Source: Octopus sinensis
Lineage: Eukaryota
DNA: 64,000 bases
NCBI RefSeq assembly: GCF_006345805.1
Contig: NC_042999.1
Coordinates: forward strand, 102,114,001-102,178,000
Reading direction: 5' to 3'
This document shows positions 48,119-61,382 of this stretch, one piece after another. The position numbers were made by a program, and so were the translations under genes. Positions within the stretch are counted from its first letter, which is position 1. Every line of letters begins with the position of its first letter. The notes below the pieces were generated by a model. The model was not told where the DNA came from. It did not search any database and saw only the letters and a list, made by a program, of their open reading frames with translations.

Positions 48119-49979
48119 CATGTGTGTATGTGTATGTGCATGTGCATGTATGTGTATGTATATGTATATATGTGTATATATGTATGTGTATGAATGTACA
48201 CATCATAAATATATATAACATGGGCGTAGCCAAGATTTCGACAGAGGGGCTTTTCAATTATTAAAATAGATCCACCATTAGCTGTCTAATTTGCGTTTCT
48301 ATGTACGTGTAACGTATAGGCAGCTTGGTGGTAGAGTGGTTCGATAAGTTCCCAAGGAACAACCACCCTCCTGACTACGTATATGTGAAAAGAAGGGGAG
48401 AGATAAAATGAGAGAAAACGAGAGTGAGTGCACAGAGAGAACGAGAGAGTGAGTACACATGTGACTGTCCTCTATTTGTAAATATAAATTACGTAGTTAC
48501 TGTACTTCTTTGTTCGACTTCTGCGTGATGTGTTTTCCTAACAAAAATTCCACTCAAATTTATGTATTCAATATTTTCTCTTCGTGCCTCTAACTCTTGC
48601 TCTTCCCCATACTCCTCCCTTTCCTTCTTACCTTCTTTAAGTCACTTTTCCATCTGTACATCTCTCCCCTTCCTCTCTTTTATTTCACCACTCTCATTCG
48701 TTTTCTTTTTCTCTCGCTTCTTTTTTTTCTTCCCCTTCTTATAGGATTTTTCCAACCTAAACATGGGAGGTTATTCATTGTAGTTGGGGAGGGGAAAAAA
48801 AGTAGCCAAATCTCCCTCATATAAGGAAAGGACGCTGTGGAAATGTAATCCCATGTACATCTAAAAATGCCGGTCAATCCTGAATGGAAAGCATTTCATC
48901 ACAGGTCTGATCCACCAGAGTCGACCTGGGGCTAAACAACAACAACACTATTATCTCACTAACCACTTCTATTTATTTTCCTGCCTTCTTTCGTCCTCCT
49001 TTTTTTCCTTCTCTTCTGCGCACCCCCAGCTCTCCCTTCCTTATCTCGGCAATATTTAACTTCCCTCAGCCAAAACGTTAACTCGTTCGCTACTGCCAAC
49101 TTCACATATTTCTACTCACATATACAACACCCACAACATACTGCCGACACGCACACGCACACAGACACACACACATACGCGCGCGCGCACACACCTACAC
49201 ACATACACACACACACACATACTACAAACAAACAAGAAGCGAGCGAACACTCAGCTTTACCATTACTCATACTACCACCACTACTACCATCGGCTCCGAC
49301 TCACACGCACCCCCGCCAAACACACGCATGCACACCCTCCTCGCCACCTAGCCGACCGCACGCTTCGCTGAACATACAAACTCTCTCATATTATAACTTT
49401 GATCTTTATTACCCTTCATCCAACACGCACGCACACACATAAATACGTGCTTACACATACACACACATACACGTACACTCACACACAGTCTGTCGCTTTA
49501 TATTTCCCCTTTTCTTTTTCCGTACTTCTCACTCTTACTCTTACTCTCTCTCTCTCTCTTACTCCCCCCTTTCGTTTTTCTCTCTGTCTTTCTATAATAT
49601 TTTATGACTCGCTCCCTTTTCTCTCTTGCTTTTTCAACTTAGCTTTTATGTTGTTTTTTTTTTTTTTACTCTCTCCCGCTTCTGCTATCTGCAAACTTTT
49701 ACTCCCACTTCCATTTTTACTTGTCTGTTTGATCTTCTCCTCTGCCTTCTCCTCTCTCTAACATCTTTTCGGTTTTTCTTTTTCATCTCTCTCTGTGATA
49801 TACACACATACAATATACATACATACACTTTATATATATATACAACATACATACACACATATATATATATACAACTATATACATATATATACGCACACAC
49901 TACTTTGTAAGTTTTACAGCTATCTCTTTCCTCTCTTTATCTGTTTATTTATCTATTCATCTGTCTATCTATCCATTTA

Positions 49980-50037
49980 GTGTATCTGTCTGTCTATCTA
50001 TCTATCTGTCTATCTATCTATCTATCTATCTATCTGT

Positions 50038-50083
<46 letters not shown>

Positions 50084-50106
50084 GTCTATCTATCTATCTA
50101 TCTATC
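49980..50106. repeat. (TCTA)n microsatellite
   Basis: Direct inspection. Confidence 0.95.
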
Positions 50107-52075
50107 CATTTGTGTCTCTATCTTCCTCACTCGCTTATTCCCTTTCATCTCTATATTTCACTGTCGTTTCATCTTCCTGTTTTCTTACCACCAGCACTAC
50201 CATCACACCATCATGCCATTACCGTCACTACCACCACCACCACCATCACCACCACCACCGTCACCGTCACCATCTCGTCCGCCCCTTCCTCCTTCATATT
50301 CTGTAAATTGCTCTACGGGCTCTCTTTCTCTCTCTCTCTTTCCTCCCCTTCACTCACTTTCTCCCTCCCTTCCTTTCATACACTTCTCTCTTTTCCTTCC
50401 CCTTCACTCACTTTCTCTGTCTCTCTTCTTTTTATCTCTTCGTCCTTTCCGCCTTCTCTCGTCTCTTTATTTTTCTTTTTCAACAACTTATTATCATTCA
50501 ATAGGCTCATTTCGTTATTATCAACTTTTTCAGGTTTTCTTTCATTCTCCGCTAGAGGAGTAGGAGGAGAGTGGGAGGAATAAAGCATGCTCCCCCTTCA
50601 CCCTCATCCCACCTTTCCTCATTTTCATTTCTCGACCTTTTCATTGGTATCCCCTAAAGATATCAACCTTCTTCGAGCCAATGAGTTTGAAAGCGGGAGC
50701 TCTAAGCGGCTGCCATACTTGTTAGAAATAACAGTCAAATCTGCACCTAAGAAAAAAAAAAAAGGAAGGGCACCGTGGATAGCTTTAAACCTTGACGGAT
50801 TGCCAGAGATAAAGGACATAATGATTACAAGTAGAAATTTTTTTAACCATGGGTTGCACCTGGGGTTAATCAACAACCGCTATAGGCCCGAAAAAGCTAT
50901 GAAAGTACCCCAATGCCATTGATCGACCTGTTAGAAATGCCGATGCTGGTGTAATTTGTTTTCTACAGCAACTTAAATCTAGAGTAGCTTGTGATTTACA
51001 TTCAAAATTTTGTTGTTGACGTTCGAATGGATGTAAAATATATTTAGATTCATCTGAGTGGATGACAAAGCCTGCTTGCACTTCTCCTGGGATAATTGGC
51101 TCTAGAGTAACTCTGTCTCATTTTGAATCAAAAATAGCAACAATCGAAGCCATTTATAAGTCCGAAGACCTATGGACCATGATTTCTATTGTTCACATCT
51201 GCCTCACTGTCAGTTGATTCGGGTCGGGTCTTTAATCACGAGTAAGAAGACGACCTCGATTGGAAGTCGAGTAAATAGATGTATTTTAAATGGAGATCAA
51301 AAAGTCGCTGTAGATCATAAACTATACCATTTGAACTAATGTAGATCACAAGCTATACCAGAAACATGTATGTAGATCACATACTACACCGGCACCGAAA
51401 TACCAGTCAGATCTCCTTCAAATCACACCCGACTGTCTTATACTTGATTAGTCAAGTAGTCAATCTCTAATATACAAAAAAAAAAAGACATGATGGTCAC
51501 GGCTTGGTATCCCTTCGAGCACAGAGTTACTCGGTCAGTGCTGACCTTGGGCTAAACAACAATAGTTACCAATACTACTACTATAATGACGGTGACTACA
51601 TGGTTGCTCACTTCTCAAGAAATGTTAACTAAATCTCTCATTCAAACTACTATCCACCCATCTTAAAAATAGAGCGTCTGAGAATGTGGTTTTAGATGTT
51701 ACTTCGATCAGAGCTGCCCTTGAGCTGAATAACAATTACTTTAGCCCCTCTCCATTACACTTCTATGTATTAAAAGGAAGACTTGCAAGAAACAATGGCC
51801 TAATCTCCCTTAAAATCACATCTGACTGTTTTAAAGAAAGGGAAGATGTAACACAAAAGACAGTGTGGTCACAGCTGAAACACCTCTAATTATACATCTA
51901 CTCAATCAGGAGTATATAACCTCAACGACTCATCTTTGCTCTTTCAACGCTTATCTACCAGAGAAGCCTCGTTGAAAATGGTAGATGGAACCTGCCAATA
52001 CATACATAGGTACGTGCGTACATACATACACACTCACACACATACATACATACATGCATGCATGCATACATACAT

Positions 52076-52128
<53 letters not shown>

Positions 52129-52289
52129 TACGTACATACATACCCTGTTGTTAATGTTAAAATTCTGATGAAAGAGCCTTGGTTCTAGGTTAGAAACCGG
52201 CTCTTTCTCTATTGGCAAGAAATCTTGAAATAAAACTGAATAATAACGTACATACATACACGCACATGTATTTATATATCTTATATCGT

Positions 52290-52620
52290 TTACTTGTTTC
52301 AGTCATAAGACTGTGGCCATGCTGGGGCATCGCCTAGAAGAATATTAATCGAATATATCGACCTCAGATTTTTGAAAGCCTGGTATTTATTCTATCGGTC
52401 TCTTGCTGAACTGCTAAGTTATGTGGGTATGAACACACCAGCATCGATTGTCAAGCGGTGGTGGTGGAACAAACACACGCACCCACATATATACGATAGA
52501 CTTCTTTCAGTTTGCGTCAACCAAATTCACTCACAAGGCTTTGGTTGGCCCGGGGCCATAGTAAAAGACACTAACCCAAGGTGCCACCCAGTGGGACTGA
52601 ACTCGGAACCATGTGATTAT
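52290..52620 (-). mobile_element. SINE family B
   Basis: Reverse-complement tail and head; a second partial head at ~52690-52830. Confidence 0.8.
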
Positions 52621-52622
52621 AT

Positions 52623-52665
<43 letters not shown>

Positions 52666-54279
52666 ACATACATTCATATATACATACATATACGACGGGC
52701 TTCTATCAGTTTCCGTCAATCAAATTCACTCACAAGGCTTTTATTGGCTCTAGGGTATTGCCCAAAGTGTCACACTATGGGACTGAACCCAAAACCGCAT
52801 GGTTGGGAAGGAAATGTCTTATCTCACAACCTTTCGTTACCACAAGATCTCCATCCCAAGTATATCCATACCCATCAACCGCCAGCACCCGAGTCAGTCG
52901 TAGATAATACTTTGCCCTCGTGGCGTTCAACACCTGTGCTCCGTGTTAACCTGACTGCGACAGCTTAGCCTCCAATATGGAAATTCATTAGCTACCATTT
53001 TTAGCATACATACATATATACTCCATTCTTTACGCGCACGCATACGAACGTACGTACGCACGCACACACACACACAAACGTGTACACGAGAATGCTCTCG
53101 TTCTCCGTTCTCAAGCGCATATCATAGATACACATAAACACTTCGTCACTCACGTAAGTACGCAGACACGCTCATAGATATTGGTACGCACATATATAAG
53201 AAGACATTCACTGACTTACCTACTTACCTATTCGCACACAGATATACACATACAGACGCACACGCGCGTACAAACACATTTACGCACACAGATGCTCACA
53301 CATATACACAAACATAGTAAATTTTCCTTAATGAACCGATGGTCTTGAGCTAAATAATTATATACACACACACACATTACATACATACTTACATATATCT
53401 CGATATGTACAGATGTTTATATGTGTGTGTGTGCGTGCGTGCGTCCATAGACATTTACACATGTATACATTTATATTCGTGTATGTGTGTCATCAACAAA
53501 TAAATAAATATGGCTGCTTTTTGCCTTTTTCTTTTCCTCTTTATTTCGTACTTAGATGAAACGCTCGGCTAATAACTTTCTTAGATCCCCTGCCTCGAGT
53601 AAGCTGTTACATCGCGAGGGTGATCATGTCTACGTATAAACTAAGAGGCCCTGTGAGTTGCAACGGAGACGTTCTCTGTCTGCTTCTCTTTGATGTGCAA
53701 ACGCTTATGCCGTTGTTTCTAATCACAACAACAGTAAAAGCGCTGTTGAAATAATATTACCGAAAAAAATAAATAAATGATTAAGAAAGGCAGAAAGATA
53801 ACAAAATAAAATAAAATAAAATAAAATAAGAAGAGAAGGTAATGCGACTGTAGGGGTGATTTCTTCTTTCCTTGTGACATTAGATGCCAACATGGATAAC
53901 CAGCGTGAATTGGGGTGGTGGTGGTGGGGGACACACCTTACCCACTACTGCCATCCCACCGTCATTACATCCAACATCATCACTATCATCACCACAACCA
54001 CTACTAGTGTAACTTTAACACCAACACCACCACTATAACTATTACTAACACCACCGTCAGTAAATGTATTCTGCCAACAGCAAAAGTAGTAACAAGGTTG
54101 TCAAAGAATGCATGTGCGTTTGCATAGGGTGTTGCATAGGGTGTTATTACATGTATGTGTGTGTGTGGTGTGTGTGTGCGTGTTTGTGCGTGTGTGTACA
54201 CATTCATATGCATATGTACTATATGTATTGTATATATATATATATATAAATATATATATACACTGGCACATTTCTTTTG

Positions 54280-54650
54280 TAGGCGCAGGCGTGACAAGAA
54301 ACTTGCTTCCCAACCACATGGTTCTGGGTTCAGTCCTACTGCGTGGCACCTTGGGCAAGTGTCTTTGGGTCGACCAAAGCCTCGTGAGTTGGATTTGATA
54401 GACGGAAACTGAAAGAATCCCGTCGTATATATATATATTTATGTGTGTGTGTGTCTGTGTTTGTGACCTCCCGCCATCGCTTGGCAACCGATGTCGGTGC
54501 GTTTACGTCCCCGAAACTTAGCGGTTCGGCAATACAGTCGATAGGATAAGTACTAGGCTTACAAAGAATAAGTCCTTGAGTGAATTTGTTCGATCAAAGC
54601 AGTGCTCAAGTATATAGCCGTAGCTAAATGGCTGAAACAAGTTAAAAAAT
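54280..54650 (+). mobile_element. SINE family B
   Basis: GGCGCAGGCGTGAC...GTGGCACCTTGGGCAAGTGTC...CTGAAACAAGTTAAAA. Confidence 0.9.
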
Positions 54651-55224
54651 TAAAGAATGTGTGTGTGTGTTGATCTTTTCTGTGTATTGACCTTCTCTGT
54701 TCGGCTCATACTTTTGAAAATTTAAAATTAAGTGAAAAATTTAAAATTTGGTATGTTGATGTCATTTTTCAAGCTGAATCTGATGTTGTTATTCACTTGT
54801 TTCAGAAAAATATTACAAAGATTTAAAGTTTGATTATTTTATCCAATTACAAAACAAGATTTGGAAACTGGCATTTTTACGGCAACAAAAATACAACAGC
54901 GAAAGTTTGATAAGTTTTAATGAATAATGTCATGTGAAACATGTTTGTCCCAACAATCATGTAAACAATATAAAAAACGAAACCGTCAATGATTTTTTTT
55001 TTTTTGTGAAAAATTACAATACATTTTTTTGTAGCGAATGTTCAAAAACGAATGTTTGTGACACACTCTAGGAGTTTATCAAGCAAATTACAAATTACAA
55101 TTTTCTTATCTACTGCGTCACATAAACTCGCAGAGATACAAGTCATGCATAGAACGGTAGATTCTAGAAAATCGTGTATTTCCTCATTTTACAGAGGCCC
55201 GTGTACTTTCTACTAGTTGCGTGT

Positions 55225-55639
55225 GGATGCCATCTTTCGAGTCAATAAACTCAACGCTGTCAACAGAAGAGGTTCAATCATTCTTCAAGATAATGCTCGA
55301 CCACACGTTTTACTAGAAGTTGAGGAAAATTGGCTCCGAAATTCTTCCCCACCCAGCTTATTCCCCAGACCTTTCTCCTACTGACTACCACTTTTTCAAG
55401 CACCTTGATGGTTTCCTGCGAGGGAAGGAGTTCAAAAATCAAACCGATGCTGAAAGTGCTTTCAAAGAGTTCATCAGCTCCAGAACTCCAGTTTTTATGT
55501 TACCGGAATAAACAAACTCGTTGGCAAAATGTGTTGATTGTAATGGTATTTACTTTGATGAATAAAATTTCCGCATTGTCGAAATATATTGTGATGAATT
55601 TCATGTTTCAAAACGTTACTTACTTTTTACTCAGCTTGA
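55225..55639 (+). mobile_element. Mariner (Hsmar/cecropia-like) 3' fragment
   Basis: NRRGSIILQDNARPHV..EILPHPAYSPDLSPTDYHFFKHLDGFLRGKEF..WQKCVDCNGIYFDE*. TIR-like end CGTTACTTACTTTTTACTCAGCTTGA|TA. Confidence 0.9.
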
Positions 55640-56075
55640 TACATATAATCAAAATTGAACGAAAAGAAACAACTCGGAGTGACCATTGGCATGTATTTGA
55701 GCAACATAAATACATGTATATCAAATACCATACAACATAAATTCTTGATTCATTACAAATATCACCGCTTGTAGAAATTGAGTCATAGTTAACAAATGGC
55801 AATTAAGACCAGTTTATATATAATGAAGGTGTAAACTGCACACACATGCGCATGCGCACACATTAATATCGAACAGTAAGAATGAGTGCTCAACACTGTA
55901 TTGGTGGATAAATATTCTTTATTCGTGGTTTAACCAGACTATCATGGCTTCATGTCTCTCAACAATTATTCAAGTCTGCCACTTCGGACGTTGATGTTCG
56001 TCTCCATATTGGTGTTTTCATCCAAGATGGAGATGAACACCAACGTCCCAAGCGGCAGACATATATATATATATA

Positions 56076-56120
<45 letters not shown>

Positions 56121-56859
56121 CATATATATATATACACACATATATATATATATATATATATTCATACTCGTTACTCTCTTCCTATACAGAAAAATACACA
56201 TGCCTTAACATGTTTCACAGTTTGTTGGCCACTAATCGGAAAACAAGTTCCCTTCATTCCTTTACATGCAAATAGAGCTTATACCAAATCACTATTTGAA
56301 ATATCTACAAACTAGACCGTAGTTGTATTGGCGAGATTAATTTGCATTTAATGCTTTTGTCGGCGGCGTGATGAAATCATTAATAAATATTTTTGTACGA
56401 CCCTGAGTGTATTAGAGACCTTAAAATATATTTAAAATACTTAAATTATATTTCTTAAGCCTTTCACCGAGGAACTTTAAACGTTTTCTTAGACACGCCA
56501 GATTGCACGTAAATGTTTATTAACTATTTATATAAGCTGTCAACAAACACATGATATGTAAATTAGTGTAGCTGTTGCAAATAAATTAGAAAAGGTAGAT
56601 TAAAAACCGTTTACTCAACTCTATCCAGCGGTCGTAAAAATAAACTAAAAGTTTTATTCCCTGCAAGTATGTCACATGAAATATACGGTAAGTGCTGAAT
56701 GCCAGCAACTCAATAAACTGACCATTGTATTGAATAATTCTCATAGCCAGAGTTACAACGTACTATCACTGGATTTCAAATTACTCAGCAGTTTCTGGTA
56801 TACTAAAAATACAAGTAATTCAAAAGGTAATACAGGTAATAAATATTCAAAAAAGTATC

Positions 56860-57180
56860 TTTCATCGACAGGCTACAGCCTCTGACCCACAGGCATCTCC
56901 TCTCCCTGCTTTTTTTTTTGCTACTATAATGGCCTTTACTCCTCGGTGCTGGCTGGGCTCATGTCACCTCCTATCAGGTACCTCCGTCTCATTAAACTCC
57001 TCTCTTCCCATTTTCCTTCTTGAATCCAACTCTTCCAGACCCAGCACGAATCACTACGCACATTCCTTCCTTCCCAGAATGTCGGCCCTCTTAGATTTCT
57101 TCCCTATTCATGTCTTACCCTGCAGTTGTTGACGCAGAGGTTGAAGAAGAACATTAATGGCGTCGTTCTAACAGGTCTAA
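56860..57180 (+). mobile_element. CR1-like LINE 3' fragment
   Basis: YYNGLYSSVLAGLMSPP..STNHYAHSFLPRMSAL..HVLP matches a CR1 ORF2 C-terminus. Confidence 0.7.
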
Positions 57181-57329
57181 AAAAAGGCAGGCAATGCCTA
57201 TGAGTTAGTTCTTTTCTCCAGGCACACCAAGTTATAAAAATCAAAACCAAACTCCTTTTACATTCTAAACAACTTTCACTAGCGCGCGCACACACACACA
57301 CACATCAACACACCAAACCACCACCAAAA

Positions 57330-60060
57330 ATAACTCTCATCTGGTTATCTTCCGCTCCGCTCCGCATGCCAGCCACCCCAATCACTGGGTGAATAACCCT
57401 CATACTTTTCTGGGACCACCTATCAACTATCACTATACTCACACATCAATGGAGAATACACTCACACTCAGAGATTAGTGAAGGATGCAAAAATACTTTT
57501 GTTGAATTTAAAAAACAAAGCCAAATGGAACAAGTTCTATCAAGAAATAGAATCAAAGTTTCTTCAGAATTTAACACCACTACAATCACTAACATAGACA
57601 CTGTAGTACATAGATTCAATAAAATAATGGAAGAAGCGTTCCCCTAAAAACAGCTACACACAGGAAATAGCTAAACTCATAAAAAAAAATCAGCAACCTC
57701 AAAAACAGTACATGAATATCACACACAACAGAAATTAAACTCAGCATCAAACAACTAAACAAGAAAATAAAATAAATAATAACTGATAGAAAAACAAAAC
57801 AAAAAAAAAAACTGCGGACATTAGTGTCCAACATAAACAAGGAAATTAGCAGTAAATCACTATTGAGAGTCATCATTATCTGGTCGAGCTTGCTTGGACA
57901 TTTTTAATCTGTGCACACCATCATCTCGGTCCTGTTGAGTGAGGTCTTCAAGGAGGCATCCACTATCTATTGAGAGTAATTAGCACCAACAATATTGATA
58001 ACACTCATACAATAATCCAATAACAACCTCAAATAATATATTCATATATTCAACCGAAAGTAAATTCCGTTATCAGATATTTCTTGAAAATCTACCACAA
58101 AAAAACAATGAAGTCGAAGACAAAACTTAGACCACGATTTCGGCCTATACTTCCTAACGAAATTAATGAAATCTAAAAAAAAAAAAAAAAAGAAAAAAGC
58201 CTCGGGGCCGCGAAATCTTTTTCCCACGAGAGTTCCGGACCCCAGTAATGAACTCATTTGCATACAGCCAATCAGAACTCACCTTGACCTTGTTGTGAAG
58301 TTAACAAAGGTTGGCATTCAAATAGCGGCCTCCGATTGCCACATGAAAGATGGTTGGTGGTAGCAGAAACCGCATTGGTGCTGGTAGACCGTTGAAGGAT
58401 AGTTTGAAAAGTGTGAAAGGAACGGTGTCGTTCAGCTCTCATATTATGCCTAGACACAAAGCTCAACATAACATTCGTGAATGAGTTAAAAACAACCAAT
58501 CTCTTGGTAAAACACACTCTACCACGTAAACTGAAGACGAAGAATGGTGTTGTAAGTCGACCGGTCGCCAATTTATACTGATTTTAGAAAGAGACAAGTA
58601 ATTAAATAGATTTGCATCTATACCTATTATCGAACTTTGTTGGGGTCCCATATGGTAAAGATGCGGATGGGAAAAATGTAGGTAGAGGGTGATGTCCTAG
58701 CAACCTTCCCCTTTACTGTTTTACAAAGTAAACAGCAACACTAATAACTTCACAGAGGTAGCCATGGTTGAAACAAGAACAAGAACATCAAGCATTATTA
58801 AAAGAGAACAGTATCATGGTCATTCCATAACCAAATGACCTTATCTTATCGCCCATCACTTGTCATATGCTCGTAAATTAGTTTGATAGTTGAGCTCTGA
58901 TTGGCTATATGCGAATGAGTTCATAACTGGAGTCCGGAACTCTCGTGGGAAAAAAATTTCGCCTCTGAGCCCAACAAAATCAAAATCATGCACCAAAACC
59001 CCGACGATTCGGAGGAATCACTGCACTCAACATTTATAACTATTTGTACTAATGTGGTTACATGATCAGAGTCTGAAATTCGGAAAATCCATTGAAAATA
59101 ACGTCATATAGATCCATTCTCATTCGTTTACGAAAGAATAATCCGTGACATCATTAATCCACACTTTCTTCCCTACAAATTTACCACACACTCAACCGTC
59201 CTATTGGTTTAAATAAAACCTATACATACCATTCTAACTACCATCAATAACAGGAAAGCCTTTGACTCTATTCTCCTTTGCTCATTCATATAAAAATATG
59301 TAACACCAACATACGAAACATTGCAAAACGTTGACAAGCAAGCTATCTCTTAAGATGCCAAGCTATGTAGTGCACAAGGACTTACACAATTCCCTAAATT
59401 GAGTACGAGGAGGATCCGTTCTAACACACTCTTTCCACTCTTTCTACGGGAGCTTACCATATCACCATGAACTAAGCATACAGACGGCCCCATACACATC
59501 ACCCTAATATGCGTCCCTACTGCATAACTAATCCAACTCTGCATAAATCACATCATAAAAATCCGATAACACTATCTCTCTCGTCTTCCCTGGAATGCCA
59601 GAAGCCAGAAAGTATTGAATTCAATCAAACCTAACAGTACATACATACGATACACACCGAATGCAAAGATGCTTGGAGTTACATTTCCACACAATACACG
59701 TAAAAGATATAGCAAAATGACATTTCGAGCAAGCATAAGCACATCTTGCCAACAAAATCCAAATAATAACACTTACATACAACCAATACATAGACTTTAT
59801 CATTCGTACTTGCCTCTCTCAGTCTCTCCACACATTAATAAATTACAAAATAGCACACAATATATCATAACACAATGTATACAAGCTACTCTATATATAC
59901 TACACTTGTATACAGACTATACTCACACTCTGAAACAAATAATGCAGTGAGCACAGTTTGTTGCCACTGCAAACTTCAATGCTCACAATGAAAAAAACTA
60001 CCTCAAACACACTAATATACACATCACGTAGAATATTATCATGCCAGCCGATAAACGTTA
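57330..60060 (+). mobile_element. Degraded Jockey/I-group LINE (ORF2 reverse transcriptase), interrupted by an insertion
   Basis: A/C-rich strand with recognisable RT motifs by eye: KKAP..(split by the insert), YR.I..YERII, KAFDSI (~59256), GSVL (~59412), AKMLGVTF (~59662). Confidence 0.7.
58201..58969. mobile_element. Unclassified non-autonomous DNA element with ~80-bp TIRs
   Basis: 58201-58281 and 58891-58969 are reverse complements (CTCGGGGCCGCGAAATCTTTTCCCACGAGAGTTCCGGACCCCAG.. / ..CTGGAGTCCGGAACTCTCGTGGGAAAAAAATTTCGCCTCTGAG). Inserted within the LINE RT. Confidence 0.85.
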
Positions 60061-60093
60061 TTCTTTCCACTCAGCTCAGACAAACATAAAACA

Positions 60094-60218
60094 AATAAGG
60101 TGACAGCTCTGAACATATTTCAGACTTATTAGACTTCATCAGAAAAATACAGTGTTACACAGTATTTTTCTGATGAAGTCTAATAAGTCTGAAATATGTT
60201 CAGAGTTGTCACCTTATT
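60094..60218. repeat. Near-perfect 125-bp palindrome containing a hammerhead-like motif on each strand
   Basis: 62-bp arms centred on 60156 with 2 mismatches. CTGATGA-AGTCTAATAAGTCT-GAAA-TATGTTC at 60170-60201, mirrored at 60111-60142. Confidence 0.9.
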
Positions 60219-60439
60219 GTTGAAGACCGGATCCACTTCCTATTGCATTTAATACTGAATAAATTTTAATAAATTTTAAAAAGCCAGGATGGTCTTCTGA
60301 AAAATTTTGACCAGAATCAGTTATTAAAAGAAAGATTTTTTTTTTTTGATAACTAAATGTGTTATTGAAATTTAAAATTATCGGTTAGTTTCCATGCATT
60401 AAACCTCTATGGGTATTCTTTCCATTCATACGGATTCGA

Positions 60440-60496
<57 letters not shown>

Positions 60497-61009
60497 CAAA
60501 ATTAGAAATCGCAATAGAACTAAGTAAAGACTAAATAATTTCATTATGAGAAAAATTGATACATCCTGAACTTAATAGGCTTCATCTTTTAAAAAAATCA
60601 TTAACAGACAATCGGTAAACGTGTGTGAATAATTAAGTAACTCATTATATGACATTCATAATTTTAAGAGATTAAAAAATTTATCTCACTTGAAGGAGAT
60701 CCTATTTCACGATTATACCAATCGATGTAGTATGTGTATATAAGTAATTTTGTCGCCTACACACACTAACCAGCTGCTTACTGATGATTCTTATCAAAGC
60801 TGAAACTTATTAGAAGCAGGATGTATTATCGTTTGTCATAAAGTATATATGTGTGTTTATGTGTATATGTTTCGTGTGTGTATGTGTGTGTGTGTGTTTG
60901 TGAATCTATCGTATATATAAGAATGTGCATATACCTATATATATGTGCGCGCGTTCGCGTGTATACACTCGTACACACACACGCACGCACACACACACAC
61001 ACACACACA

Positions 61010-61184
61010 ACGGGCGTGGCTGTGTGGTAAGAAACTTACTTTCCAACTATATGATTCAAGGTTCAGCCCCACTGTGTGGCACCTTGAGCAAGTGTTTTCT
61101 ACTACACCCACGGGCCGACCAAAGCCTCGTGAGTGGTGGATTGGTAGATGGAAACTGAAGGAAGCTCGTCGTATATATATATAT

Positions 61185-61253
<69 letters not shown>

Positions 61254-61375
61254 CATACATACATATATATATACATACATCTATATATATACATATATAC
61301 ATATATATATATCTAAGGCGGTGCCCTAGCCTGGTCGCAGTCTAATGACTGAAACAAGTAAAAGATAAAAGATAC
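61010..61375 (+). mobile_element. SINE family B with a long internal (TA)n
   Basis: GGGCGTGGCTGTGTGGTAAGAAAC head, (TA)n at ~61172-61312, AAGGCGGTGCCCTAGCCTGG..TGAAACAAGTAAAAG tail. Confidence 0.85.
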
Positions 61376-61382
61376 ACACACA

